From an uncultured Terriglobales bacterium (GTDB lineage Bacteria; Acidobacteriota; Terriglobia; Terriglobales; Acidobacteriaceae), in contig CAYRII010000001.1 of the NCBI GenBank assembly GCA_964424245.1, forward strand, positions 1 through 41,636: DNA of 41,636 bases. The letters are read 5' to 3'. The notes beneath the pieces are model-generated. The model saw only the letters and a list, made by a program, of their open reading frames with translations, had not been told where the DNA came from and did no database searches. Numbering within the stretch: position 1 is the first letter of the stretch; each line of letters begins with the position of its first letter. The translations under genes and the position numbers were made by a program. This document shows positions 1-7,622 of this stretch, in pieces.

Positions 1-799
1 CCGGCGCTTCCACCAGTGGGTAAAGAAGGCCCTGGTCATCTTTCCCTTCGAAGAGCAGTGGTACCGCGAGCGCGGTGTGGACGCCGAATTCGTCGGACAC
101 CCGCTGGCCGACCGCCCGCCGCCCTGCATCACGCGCAGCGACTTCGCCGCCGCGCATGGATTGGATCCGCAGAAGCCCTGGATCGCGCTTCTGCCCGGCA
201 GCAGGCAAAAGGAAGTGGCCATGAACCTGCCGGAGCTGCTGAACGCGGCCGCCAGGCTGGGCCCGGCGCATGAATTCCTTTTGCCGGTGGCTTCTTCTCT
301 CGATGAAGAATGGATGCAGTCCCGCATCTGCGCATCGCGCGCCAGCGTACATCTGGTGAGCGACGCCGCCGCGGCGCTGGCGCACTCCCGCGCCGCCGCT
401 GTGGCCAGCGGAACGGCCACCGTCGAAGCCGCGCTCGCGGGCACGCCGCTGGTCGTCGTGTACCGCGTGACCCCGCCCACCTGGATTCTGGGCCGGCGCC
501 TGTTGCGCGTGCCTTTTATCGCCATGCCCAATCTCATCGCCGGAGAGGAAATCGTGCCCGAGCTGATTCAGTCTGATTTCACCGCACACAACGTAGCGGA
601 AAGGCTGCGGGTGCTCCTGGAAGACGGCCTCGCTCGTGAGACAATGCTGGCCGGGCTGGCCCGGGTGCGGGAGCGGCTGCACGGCGGATCGCAGGCTGCT
701 CGCCCCGCCGCGGAGCGTGCTGCGGACGCGGTTTTGCGCGCGCTTCTGCCCGGCGCGTCCGGAGTAAGTGCATCTTTTCCGGGAAAGATCTCATCGTAG
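1..799 (+). CDS. lpxB: Lipid-A-disaccharide synthase LpxB, C-terminal portion (5' end lies upstream of the window)
   Basis: Frame 2 is open from the window edge to TAG 797-799. The translation RRFHQWVKKALVIFPFEEQWYRERGVDAEFVGHPLAD...GTATVEAALAGTPLVVVYRV...MPNLIAGEEIVPELIQ matches the conserved C-terminal half of GT19 LpxB as I know it. Confidence 0.85.
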   Translation, partial: RRFHQWVKKALVIFPFEEQWYRERGVDAEFVGHPLADRPPPCITRSDFAAAHGLDPQKPWIALLPGSRQKEVAMNLPELLNAAARLGPAHEFLLPVASSLDEEWMQSRICASRASVHLVSDAAAALAHSRAAAVASGTATVEAALAGTPLVVVYRVTPPTWILGRRLLRVPFIAMPNLIAGEEIVPELIQSDFTAHNVAERLRVLLEDGLARETMLAGLARVRERLHGGSQAARPAAERAADAVLRALLPGASGVSASFPGKISS

Positions 800-833
800 A
801 GTTGTGCGGCGTTTGCAGGAGAGAACAATCCAG

Positions 834-2915
834 ATGACACTGTTTCGCAAGCACGCAGGGAGAATTCTGTTCCTACTCGCCGCCCTGGCCTCGGTGGCGC
901 TGGCCCCGCTGCCCGCGCGCGCGGCGGAACGTCCCCGGCTGCGCGTGGACCACTACGACATTCAGGCCGAGCTCTTCCCCGCCGAGCACCGCCTTCAGGC
1001 GCGCGCCGAAGTCACCTTCACCGCGCTCGATGATATCTCCATCGCCGTCTTCGAATTGCACAACGGCCTGCGCCCCACGCGCGTGCTCGATGCCGAGGGG
1101 CACGAGCTCTCCGTGGAGCGCGTCACCCAGGATTCCACCGTGCGCGTCATGCTGCCCGCCGGCCTGGCACGCGACGCCAGCACCTCGCTCACCCTGGAGT
1201 ATGAAGGCGTGTTGCGCTCCGCGGATGACAGTCCCGTCTGGGGTTTGAAGCTGGCTTCGATCGATTCGGACCTCTCCTACCTTCTCTACGCCGGGCGATG
1301 GTTTCCAGTGAGCGGCTATGCCATCAACCGCTTCACTGCCAGAATGCGCATCACCGTTCCCGAGGGCTACTCCGTCGTGGGCAGCGGCAGCACAGGTCTC
1401 GCCGCCGCCGTTGTCGCCGAGCCTCCGCCTGCGCCGCCTGCCAAGCGCGGCCGCAAGCCCGCCCCGCCGCCGCCGGCGCCCACAGCAAAGGTCAAGAAAA
1501 ACACTTTCGCATTCGCCTGGACCAAGCCCGGCTTTCCCGGAACCATCATTGCCGGCCGCCTGGTGGAGACCAGGGTGGACGCCGGTGGCGTGGACGTGCG
1601 CGTGTATTTCCGCCCGCAGCACCAGGCGCTGGCCGCCGCTTACGGCGACACCGCAGCCAAGGAGTTCGTGGTCTTTTCCTCGCAGTATGGCCCAGCGCCC
1701 TCCACGCGGCTGAATGTGGTGGAACTGCCGGACGACACCGTGCCCATGGCATGGGCGCCGGAAATCGCGGCGCTGGCCTCGCGCGCCATCAGCGAGAACA
1801 CCAACTATCGGCTCCTGGCCAACTCCGTTGCCCATCAGTGGTGGGGCGTCTCCGTCAGCCCGCAATCCATGAGCGACGCCTGGCTCACTGAAGGCTTTGC
1901 CCGCTACTCCGAAGCGCGCTACGTGGAATTTGCCGCCGGGCAGGCCGGCCTCGAGGAGGTCATGCGCGACACCGCTGTCGGCGCCCTGGCCTACGATGCC
2001 ATCCCCCTTTCCAGCGCCGGTCGCCTCGAGCCTTTCTCGCCCGAGTTTCAATCGTTGGTCACCGAGAAAGGCGCCATGATCCTCAGCATGCTGCGCTGGG
2101 TGATGGGCGACGCCCCCTTTGACCAGGCCATGCGCGACTTCGCCACCCAGTTCGCCGGCAAGGCCGCCACTGCAGAGGATTTTCGCCGCATCGCCGAAGT
2201 GCATCACACCGACCGCCTCGGTCCCTTCTTCACCCAGTGGCTGGATTCCACCGGCGCCCCGGAGTTCAAGAACAAGTACACGGTGTACCGCGCGCAAAAG
2301 GGATTCCGCATTGTGGGGGAAATCTCCCAGGACCTAGACCTGTTCCGCATGCCCGTCGAGTTGCGCATCGATACCGACGGTCCCACCGAGATTCGCCGCG
2401 TGGAAGTGGTGGGCACCAGCTCTCCCTACGCCGTGGAAGTCTTCACCAAGCCGCGCCGCATCCAGATCGATCCCAACAACCGCCTGCTCAAGAACACGCC
2501 CGAGTTGAAAGTGCGCATCGCCATTCTGCGCGGCCAGCAACTGGCCATGCAGGGCGCCCTGGCGGAATCTCTTGCCGAATATCAGAAGGCGCTGGAGTCC
2601 AACGCCAACAGCTCGCTGGCGCACTATCGCATCGCCGAGGTCTTCTTCCTGCAGCGCAACTACCAGGCCGCCGCCAACTCCTATCGCGACTCTCTCAACG
2701 GCGACGGCGAGCCTCGTTGGACCGAGGTCTGGAGCCACATCCAGTTGGGCAAGATTTATGACCTCACCGGACAGCGCGAACGCGCCACCAACGAATACCG
2801 CCAGGCGCTGGCCACCAACGACAACACGCAGGGCGCCCAGGACGAAGCGCGCAAGTACCTCGGCACCCCCTACGAGCGCGAGCGCACCAGCGACAGCTTG
2901 AGCAATACCAGCTAG
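834..2915 (+). CDS. Secreted M1-aminopeptidase-fold protein with degenerate active site and C-terminal TPR repeats (probable pseudo-peptidase)
   Basis: ATG 834 follows GGAGAG (818-823). The N-terminus MTLFRKHAGRILFLLAALASVALAPLPARA is signal-like. M1 signatures are present (AHQWWG, WLTEGFARYSE), but HExxH is replaced by NSVAH (1821-1835) and GxMEN by PMAWA (1743-1757). The C-terminus is TPR-like (HYRIAEVFFLQRNYQAAANSYRDSL, GKIYDLTGQRERATNEYRQAL). I prefer 834 over the track start at 768. Confidence 0.75.
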   Translation: MTLFRKHAGRILFLLAALASVALAPLPARAAERPRLRVDHYDIQAELFPAEHRLQARAEVTFTALDDISIAVFELHNGLRPTRVLDAEGHELSVERVTQDSTVRVMLPAGLARDASTSLTLEYEGVLRSADDSPVWGLKLASIDSDLSYLLYAGRWFPVSGYAINRFTARMRITVPEGYSVVGSGSTGLAAAVVAEPPPAPPAKRGRKPAPPPPAPTAKVKKNTFAFAWTKPGFPGTIIAGRLVETRVDAGGVDVRVYFRPQHQALAAAYGDTAAKEFVVFSSQYGPAPSTRLNVVELPDDTVPMAWAPEIAALASRAISENTNYRLLANSVAHQWWGVSVSPQSMSDAWLTEGFARYSEARYVEFAAGQAGLEEVMRDTAVGALAYDAIPLSSAGRLEPFSPEFQSLVTEKGAMILSMLRWVMGDAPFDQAMRDFATQFAGKAATAEDFRRIAEVHHTDRLGPFFTQWLDSTGAPEFKNKYTVYRAQKGFRIVGEISQDLDLFRMPVELRIDTDGPTEIRRVEVVGTSSPYAVEVFTKPRRIQIDPNNRLLKNTPELKVRIAILRGQQLAMQGALAESLAEYQKALESNANSSLAHYRIAEVFFLQRNYQAAANSYRDSLNGDGEPRWTEVWSHIQLGKIYDLTGQRERATNEYRQALATNDNTQGAQDEARKYLGTPYERERTSDSLSNTS

Positions 2916-4054
2916 TCTCTTGTTTGCAAAACGCCGGCCTGGCGTGCGAACCGCAGGCCGCTGAGTGCGCCGGCGTCCACACCCCGCGCCAGCACCAGCG
3001 CATGGAACGTCTCTCCCATGCCCGCGGGCGTCACCAGGTGTTTGAGCTGCAGAGCCACCTTGGCGCGCTCCTGGGGCAGGCGGCACTCCTCCAGGGCGTC
3101 GGCAAACTGGCTCTCCTCGCCAATCCCCATCAGGAACTGTGACTGCGTTACCAGGCCCAGCGGTTCCAACCCCGCGGCGTGCGCGCTTCCTGCCAGCGCC
3201 GAAAAGTTCACATGCGCGGTCAGGTCCTGCTCGCCCGGCGCGGCATAGGGATCGGCCGACGCCGTGTGTCCCCGGTAAGCCATCACCGTCCCCCGGTGGC
3301 GCCCCGCCAGCAACTCTTCGCGCGTGTATCCATAGTCCACAAACACCGCAAAGCCGCGCCGCACCCTCGCGGCCAGTTTCGCCATCCAGCGCATTGCTTC
3401 CAGCCCGGCCTCTACGCGCTCGCCGGCCTCCGGATGCACGGCGTAGCGGTCCAGATACTCCAGCACCTCGGCCGACGGCGGCGCAAACGCTTCCAGCAGT
3501 CTGCCTGCGCGCGCCTCCAGCCGCACCGCACCGCGCGCGTCCACCACCTCCACCGGCAGGGCATCAAAGAACTCATTGGCGAAGACGATGGCCGCCTCTG
3601 CGATCTCTGCTCCCGGCAGCTCCGCGTCAGAGATAACCATAGCCTGACCCTTGCCGATAGCGGCTTCCAGCCGGCGCTCCAGCCCCTTGCGCAACTCCGC
3701 TGAGCGCTCCACCAGCAGATAGCGCAGCGCGCCATGGAACCGGGGAAACTTTTTTCCCGTCCAGTCCAGCACGTCGCGCGCGAACAGGCCGCGCCCCGGA
3801 CCCATCTCCACCAGGTCCAGCCGGTCGGGTGAGCCCAGCGCCCGCCACATCTCCTCGAACTGGCGCGCCAGCAACCGTCCGTAGAGCGCGTGCACGTCGC
3901 TCGCGGTGTAGAAGTCGCCCGCGCGGCCGAACTTCTCTCCGGCGCGCGCGTAGTATCCGTGCTCGGGGTGATAGAGGCACAGCTCCATGTAGCGCGCGAA
4001 CGGCATGCCGCCGCTGCGCCCGATTTCTTCTTCGATCTCCCGCCGCAGGCTCAC
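2912..4054 (-). CDS. Class I SAM-dependent methyltransferase, MidA/NDUFAF7 (DUF185) family
   Basis: GTG start at 4054. Motifs: MPFARYMELCLYHPEHGYYA, GDFYTASDV, LVEMGPGRG (SAM-binding G-x-G-x-G). GC3 is high. The stop overlaps the convergent peptidase stop in CTAG (2912-2915). Confidence 0.8.
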   Translation of the reverse strand: MSLRREIEEEIGRSGGMPFARYMELCLYHPEHGYYARAGEKFGRAGDFYTASDVHALYGRLLARQFEEMWRALGSPDRLDLVEMGPGRGLFARDVLDWTGKKFPRFHGALRYLLVERSAELRKGLERRLEAAIGKGQAMVISDAELPGAEIAEAAIVFANEFFDALPVEVVDARGAVRLEARAGRLLEAFAPPSAEVLEYLDRYAVHPEAGERVEAGLEAMRWMAKLAARVRRGFAVFVDYGYTREELLAGRHRGTVMAYRGHTASADPYAAPGEQDLTAHVNFSALAGSAHAAGLEPLGLVTQSQFLMGIGEESQFADALEECRLPQERAKVALQLKHLVTPAGMGETFHALVLARGVDAGALSGLRFARQAGVLQTRD

Positions 4055-4359
4055 CGGGGCATGGTCCAGTTGCGTTCGTCGCGGTTCTGCGGCGTGCGCG
4101 TGAACATCTCAATTAGGTAGTCGTGCAGGCAGTCGAACAACTGGCGCTGGAAGGTCCACTCGAACTGCGCGTGGTCGAGATCGCGCGGATGCAGCGCGAA
4201 AGCATAGGTGTGCACCTTCACGGCAGGGTCTTTGAAGCGGATCAGGACTTCCACTCCCTCGCCCGCCTCGCGCGCGTCAAACTCCAGCAGCGGATGCTCG
4301 TAGAGCCGCAACTGTTCGCGGACACGCTCCAGCCGGGATGGCGGAGAGTCTGGGGTCAC
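4051..4359 (-). CDS. Hypothetical 102-aa protein, translationally coupled to the MidA-like gene
   Basis: The translation is balanced and non-junk (LYEHPLLEFDAREAGEGVEVLIRFKDPAVKVHTYAFALHPRDLDHAQFEWTFQRQLFDCLHDYLIEMF). Third-position G/C bias is strong. Its stop TGA overlaps the GTG start of the downstream gene (GTGA, 4051-4054). The start codon (GTG 4359) is uncertain. Confidence 0.55.
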   Translation of the reverse strand: MTPDSPPSRLERVREQLRLYEHPLLEFDAREAGEGVEVLIRFKDPAVKVHTYAFALHPRDLDHAQFEWTFQRQLFDCLHDYLIEMFTRTPQNRDERNWTMPR

Positions 4360-4424
4360 GCTCCCATTCTAAAGCGGCCGGGCCCTGCCTTGCGGCAGGG
4401 CCCGGAGTGAGGAGGAGGAACAAG

Positions 4425-5666
4425 CTATTCGTAGCGCAGCGCTTCGATGGGGTCCAGGCGCGCCGCTTTGATGGCCGGCAGCATCCCGCTGACGATGCCC
4501 ACAATCCCCAGAATCACCGTGGCCACCAGCAGCGTCATGGGATCGATGACCAGGCTGATGTCGCCCGCCTCGGCGTTTTGCGCGATGGCGCTGTACAGCG
4601 TCAGCGAGCCCACCGCGAACGAGACCAGGTAGGCGATCAAAACTCCCAGCACGCCTCCGGCAAAGGTGATGGCCAGCGCCTCCGCCAGGAACTGGAAGAG
4701 GATGTGCCGCTTCTGCGCTCCCAGCGCTTTTTCCACGCCGATTTCCCGCGTGCGCTGCGTCACCGACACCAGCATGATGTTCATCAGCCCCACGCCGCCG
4801 ATGCCCAGCGTCAGCGTCCCGATAAACGCCAGCAGCACCTTCAACCCGGTGGAGATGATGTGAAACTGCGTCAGGTCCTTCAACTGGTTCCACACGAAAA
4901 TCGCGCGCCGGTCCTTGGGATTAAAGCCGTGCAGCGTGCCCAGCGAGGCGCGTATTTCGCCCTCCACCTTTTCGTAATCCATGCCTTCGTAGTCCAGGAA
5001 AATGCCGTTCAAGTAGTAGGTGTCTTTCAGGTCGCCCATGGCCGTGAGGGGGATGTACACCTGCGTGTTGATGTTGTCGTTGCCCTCCTGCATCTTGGGC
5101 TTGGCCACGCCGATCACCTCAAAGCTCAAGCCGTCGAGGCGCACCGTTTCCCCCAGCGGATATTGCCCGGAAAACAGCTTGATCTTGGACTCCGAGCTCA
5201 GCACCACCACGCGCGCCCGCGAGTGCAGGTCGCCTTCGCTGAGGAAGCGGCCCATGTCCATCTCCACGTTGCGCACCTTGCCGTAGTCGGGATACGTCCC
5301 AATCACTTCCCAGTCGAAGTTGCGTACATCGCGCTGCGCGTTGCCCTGCTTGTTGGACATGGGAGCAATGTGCTTCACCACCGGCACGGTGCTGCGGATG
5401 CGCTCCACATCGTCCATGGTGAAGCGGATCTGCGTGCCCGCCTTGGAGCCTCCGGCCTGCAGCGACGTGCGCCCGGGAAACACGCCGATCAGCGTGGTGC
5501 CGAAGTTGGCGAAGATGTTCTCGATGGCGCGCTCGAATCCCGCTCCGTAGGCCAGCAGGAGCACCACCGTGGCAATGCCCCAGGCCATGCCCAGCATGGT
5601 TAGGGTGCTGCGCCCGCGGTTGTGCCGCAGTGAACTGTAAGCCTGTCCCCACAAGTCTCGAAACAT
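4425..5666 (-). CDS. ABC-transporter permease, MacB/FtsX type (no ATPase domain)
   Basis: It has an N-terminal TM (STLTMLGMAWGIATVVLLLAY), a large extracytoplasmic domain and a C-terminal FtsX bundle (GGVGLMNIMLVSVTQRTREIGVEKALGAQKRHILFQFLAEAL ... AIKAARLDPIEALRYE). Confidence 0.85.
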   Translation of the reverse strand: MFRDLWGQAYSSLRHNRGRSTLTMLGMAWGIATVVLLLAYGAGFERAIENIFANFGTTLIGVFPGRTSLQAGGSKAGTQIRFTMDDVERIRSTVPVVKHIAPMSNKQGNAQRDVRNFDWEVIGTYPDYGKVRNVEMDMGRFLSEGDLHSRARVVVLSSESKIKLFSGQYPLGETVRLDGLSFEVIGVAKPKMQEGNDNINTQVYIPLTAMGDLKDTYYLNGIFLDYEGMDYEKVEGEIRASLGTLHGFNPKDRRAIFVWNQLKDLTQFHIISTGLKVLLAFIGTLTLGIGGVGLMNIMLVSVTQRTREIGVEKALGAQKRHILFQFLAEALAITFAGGVLGVLIAYLVSFAVGSLTLYSAIAQNAEAGDISLVIDPMTLLVATVILGIVGIVSGMLPAIKAARLDPIEALRYE

Positions 5667-5676
5667 CGTTCCGCCT

Positions 5677-5711
5677 TTCCTGCCTCCTGCTTCCTGCCTC
5701 CTGCCTCCTGC
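5677..5711 (-). repeat. Five tandem heptamers GCAGGAR (minus-strand reading) in the spacer between the two permease genes
   Basis: The plus strand reads TTCCTGC CTCCTGC TTCCTGC CTCCTGC CTCCTGC. On the coding strand this is GCAGGAG GCAGGAG GCAGGAA GCAGGAG GCAGGAA. The array begins 3 nt after the upstream stop (5715-5717) and ends 10 nt before ATG 5666. Confidence 0.9.
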
Positions 5712-5714
5712 ACC

Positions 5715-6959
5715 CTACTCTTTGCGCAGCGCTTCCACGGGCTGCAGCAGGGCCGCCTTGCGGGCCGGGTAAAGGCCGGCGATGATGCCCGCCAGCGAGA
5801 GAGAGAGTACGGCGATGGCCGCCGAGGAAGGCGCCAGCCGCGGCGTGTCGAACCCCTCCGGCGCCGGCAGCAGCGCGAGCAGCCACATCAGCCCGGCGGC
5901 TCCCACAATGCCAATGGCCCCGCTCAACAGCGTGAGGAACGAGCCTTCCAGGAAGAATTGCATCAGGATGCGGCGATTGGTCGCTCCCACCGCCTTGCGC
6001 AGGCCGATTTCCCGCGTGCGCTCGCTCACCGACACCAGCATGATGTTGATCACGCCGATGGCTCCCAGCATCAGCGTCACCAGCCCCACGCTGCCCAGGA
6101 AGAGGTTCATGGCGCTAAAAATCTTTCCAATCGTCTGCTGCGATTGAATGGTGTCCCAATCAAACCACGCGTCTTCCACGCGGTAGTCGAATCCCTTCCG
6201 CCGGGCAATGATCTTGCGCACCTCGGTGCGTGCTTCGCCATGGTCGCCGCGCGCCTTGGGCCGGTAGTTGATGTAGGTAATGCCTGCCGCGCGGTTGTCT
6301 CCCTTCAGCGGAAAATACGTGCGCATGGTGTTGAAAGGGACAAAGATGCGCATGTCGGTGGCGCTCGATTCGCCGCGCATCTTTTCCACCACCCCAATCA
6401 CCTCAAAGCGCACGCCGTTCAGCAGAATGGTCGAGCCCAGCGCCGGCCACCCGGGAAACATGTTGCGCCGCATCTCGTCGCCCACCACCGCCACAAAGCG
6501 CCCCTGCTCGTCGTCCAGCTGGTTCAGCCAGCGCCCTGACGAGATAGGCATGTAGCGAATGATGTTGTAATTGGCGGTCACGCCGAAGACCTGCCCGTTG
6601 GTGCTGCTGAATTCGCTCACCGCGCGAATGTCGCCGCGGTTCAGCACGGGAGCGATCTCGCCCACGTAGCGCGCCTCGTTCTTGATGGCCTCGTAATCCC
6701 CATAGTCCAGGAAAAACGGCCGCATGGAAGAGTGGCTGCCCTCCACCGCCGGGATCCGCCCCCCGAACATGAACATGATGTCTTCGCCGATGGTGTCCAG
6801 CTGCTTTTTGTTGCCCGAGCGGAAGCCCTCGCCTAGGCCCACCAGCAGCAGCAGCGAGCCCACACCCCAGGCGATGCCGAACATGGTGAGGAACGACCGC
6901 AGCTTGTGCGCCCACAGGGTGCGCAACATCTGCGTGAATGTGTCGAGGAGCATGCGCAT
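5715..6959 (-). CDS. ABC-transporter permease, MacB/FtsX type (no ATPase domain)
   Basis: Motifs: MRMLLDTFTQMLRTLWAHKLRSFLTMFGIAWGVGSLLLLVGL; GVINIMLVSVSERTREIGLRKAVGATNRRILMQFFLEG; PARKAALLQPVEALRKE. I prefer ATG 6959 over the track start at 7034 because family members begin about 20 aa before TM1. No clear SD at either start. Confidence 0.8.
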   Translation of the reverse strand: MRMLLDTFTQMLRTLWAHKLRSFLTMFGIAWGVGSLLLLVGLGEGFRSGNKKQLDTIGEDIMFMFGGRIPAVEGSHSSMRPFFLDYGDYEAIKNEARYVGEIAPVLNRGDIRAVSEFSSTNGQVFGVTANYNIIRYMPISSGRWLNQLDDEQGRFVAVVGDEMRRNMFPGWPALGSTILLNGVRFEVIGVVEKMRGESSATDMRIFVPFNTMRTYFPLKGDNRAAGITYINYRPKARGDHGEARTEVRKIIARRKGFDYRVEDAWFDWDTIQSQQTIGKIFSAMNLFLGSVGLVTLMLGAIGVINIMLVSVSERTREIGLRKAVGATNRRILMQFFLEGSFLTLLSGAIGIVGAAGLMWLLALLPAPEGFDTPRLAPSSAAIAVLSLSLAGIIAGLYPARKAALLQPVEALRKE

Positions 6960-7144
6960 GATGATACTCTGGAATACGCAGGCCGGGCCCCCGGTGTTCC
7001 CGGAAAAAACGCGAAAGCCCCTGCCTTCCTCCACTTAGACGTCCAGAGGGCCGTTTTGTTTCCCGGTTCGTTTCGCCGCCTGCTGCCAGTCGTCCACGCG
7101 CCCGCTAACCTGCCGAAGGTCACACAATGGCCGCGCTCGACCAA

Positions 7145-7191
7145 CCCGTTTGGGACGAAGTGCCGCCAAACGGGGACCATCCGCCGTTTTT
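7145..7191 (-). promoter_or_regulatory. Two mutually exclusive hairpins (candidate leader/attenuator-like structure upstream of the permease operon)
   Basis: H1 pairs CCCGTTTGG (7145-7153) with CCAAACGGG (7166-7174): 9 perfect bp and a 12-nt loop. H2 pairs AAACGG (7168-7173) with CCGTTT (7184-7189), followed by more T. The two share 7168-7173. Both lie about 190-230 nt upstream of start 6959. Confidence 0.25.
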
Positions 7192-7281
7192 AGGGGACCC
7201 ATGCGCCAACCGCCGGGCTTGTTAGGTGCACGTCCAATTCAGGGAAGTCCAGGCCCTGCCTGCTGGATCTCATTACTTGCC

Positions 7282-7357
7282 GTCATGCTGAGCGAGAGAG
7301 GGCGCCCGCGCGTTTTCTCCGGCGCGGGAATCCCGAGCGAAGCATCTAGGGTTTGCC
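7282..7357. repeat. REP-like intergenic element (GTCATSCTGAGCGA...GCGAAGCATC type) with an internal 7-bp inverted repeat
   Basis: GTCATGCTGAGCGAG ... CCCGAGCGAAGCATCTAGGGTTTGC resembles a repeat family I recall from soil-bacterial genomes, often mistranslated as ..ILSEAKDL... The internal stem is CCCGCGC (7305-7311) / GCGCGGG (7322-7328). Copy number cannot be checked inside one window. Confidence 0.35.
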
Positions 7358-7404
7358 TTCCCCGGACATAAACAGTGCCATGCCATCTCCTGATTGTTCT
7401 CGTA

Positions 7405-7468
7405 GGGCATAATTTCAGGCGTGCCGCCTCAACGCCCCGAAAAATGCGCGCTTTAGCCCCTGAGGGCC
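7405..7468. repeat. Degenerate REP-like element of the GGGCTGAAGCC...GGCACG-N-CGTGCCC type
   Basis: The minus strand reads GGGGCTAAAGCGCGCATTTTTCGGGGCGTTGAGGCGGCACGCCTGAAATTATGCCC. This parallels an acidobacterial REP family I recall, often mistranslated as GLKP..F.G.YGT.E.VPF. This is recollection-based. Confidence 0.3.
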
Positions 7469-7498
7469 TTGCGCAGCTTGCGGGAAATCGCTTGCATC

Positions 7499-7527
7499 TT
7501 GACATCACTGCGAATTGGCGCTTAAAT
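7499..7527 (+). promoter_or_regulatory. Sigma70-type promoter for the VOC gene
   Basis: TTGACA (7499-7504), a 17-nt spacer, then TTAAAT (7522-7527). It lies about 95 nt upstream of ATG 7623. Confidence 0.45.
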
Positions 7528-7622
7528 CCCGGCCGTCGCCGAGACTCGGGAAACTCCGCATCGCCTGCGGATCAATCGAATCCTTGTGATGCGTCAGGAA
7601 CACAACCTTTAGGAGGCAATCC

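Noticed and set aside
768-833. Upstream track starts for several genes: 768 for the M1-like protein, 28275 for AsmA, 36025 for rluB, 7034 for permease 2, and 40777 for mutM.
   Set aside because: These starts overlap the preceding gene or add non-homologous N-termini. The internal starts give canonical N-termini (signal peptide, AsmA TM, S4 domain, MPELPEV) and, where present, SD sequences.
2912-2915. The four-base CTAG overlap of the convergent stop codons of the M1-like gene and the MidA-like gene.
   Set aside because: This is a trivial consequence of tight packing (TAG on both strands). There is no hairpin or other signal around it.
5677-5711. The heptamer array and the other short tandem repeats (9682-9711, 21766-21817), considered as possible CRISPR-like arrays.
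   Set aside because: The units are 7-15 nt and directly abutting, with no spacers, and no cas genes are present. They are simple tandem repeats.
7528-7622. The ~95-nt 5' UTR of the VOC gene as a possible riboswitch.
   Set aside because: It has only short, alternative 5-6-bp stems (CCGCA/TGCGG; CGCATC/GATGCG). It bears no resemblance to any riboswitch consensus I know, and nothing sequesters the strong AGGAGG.
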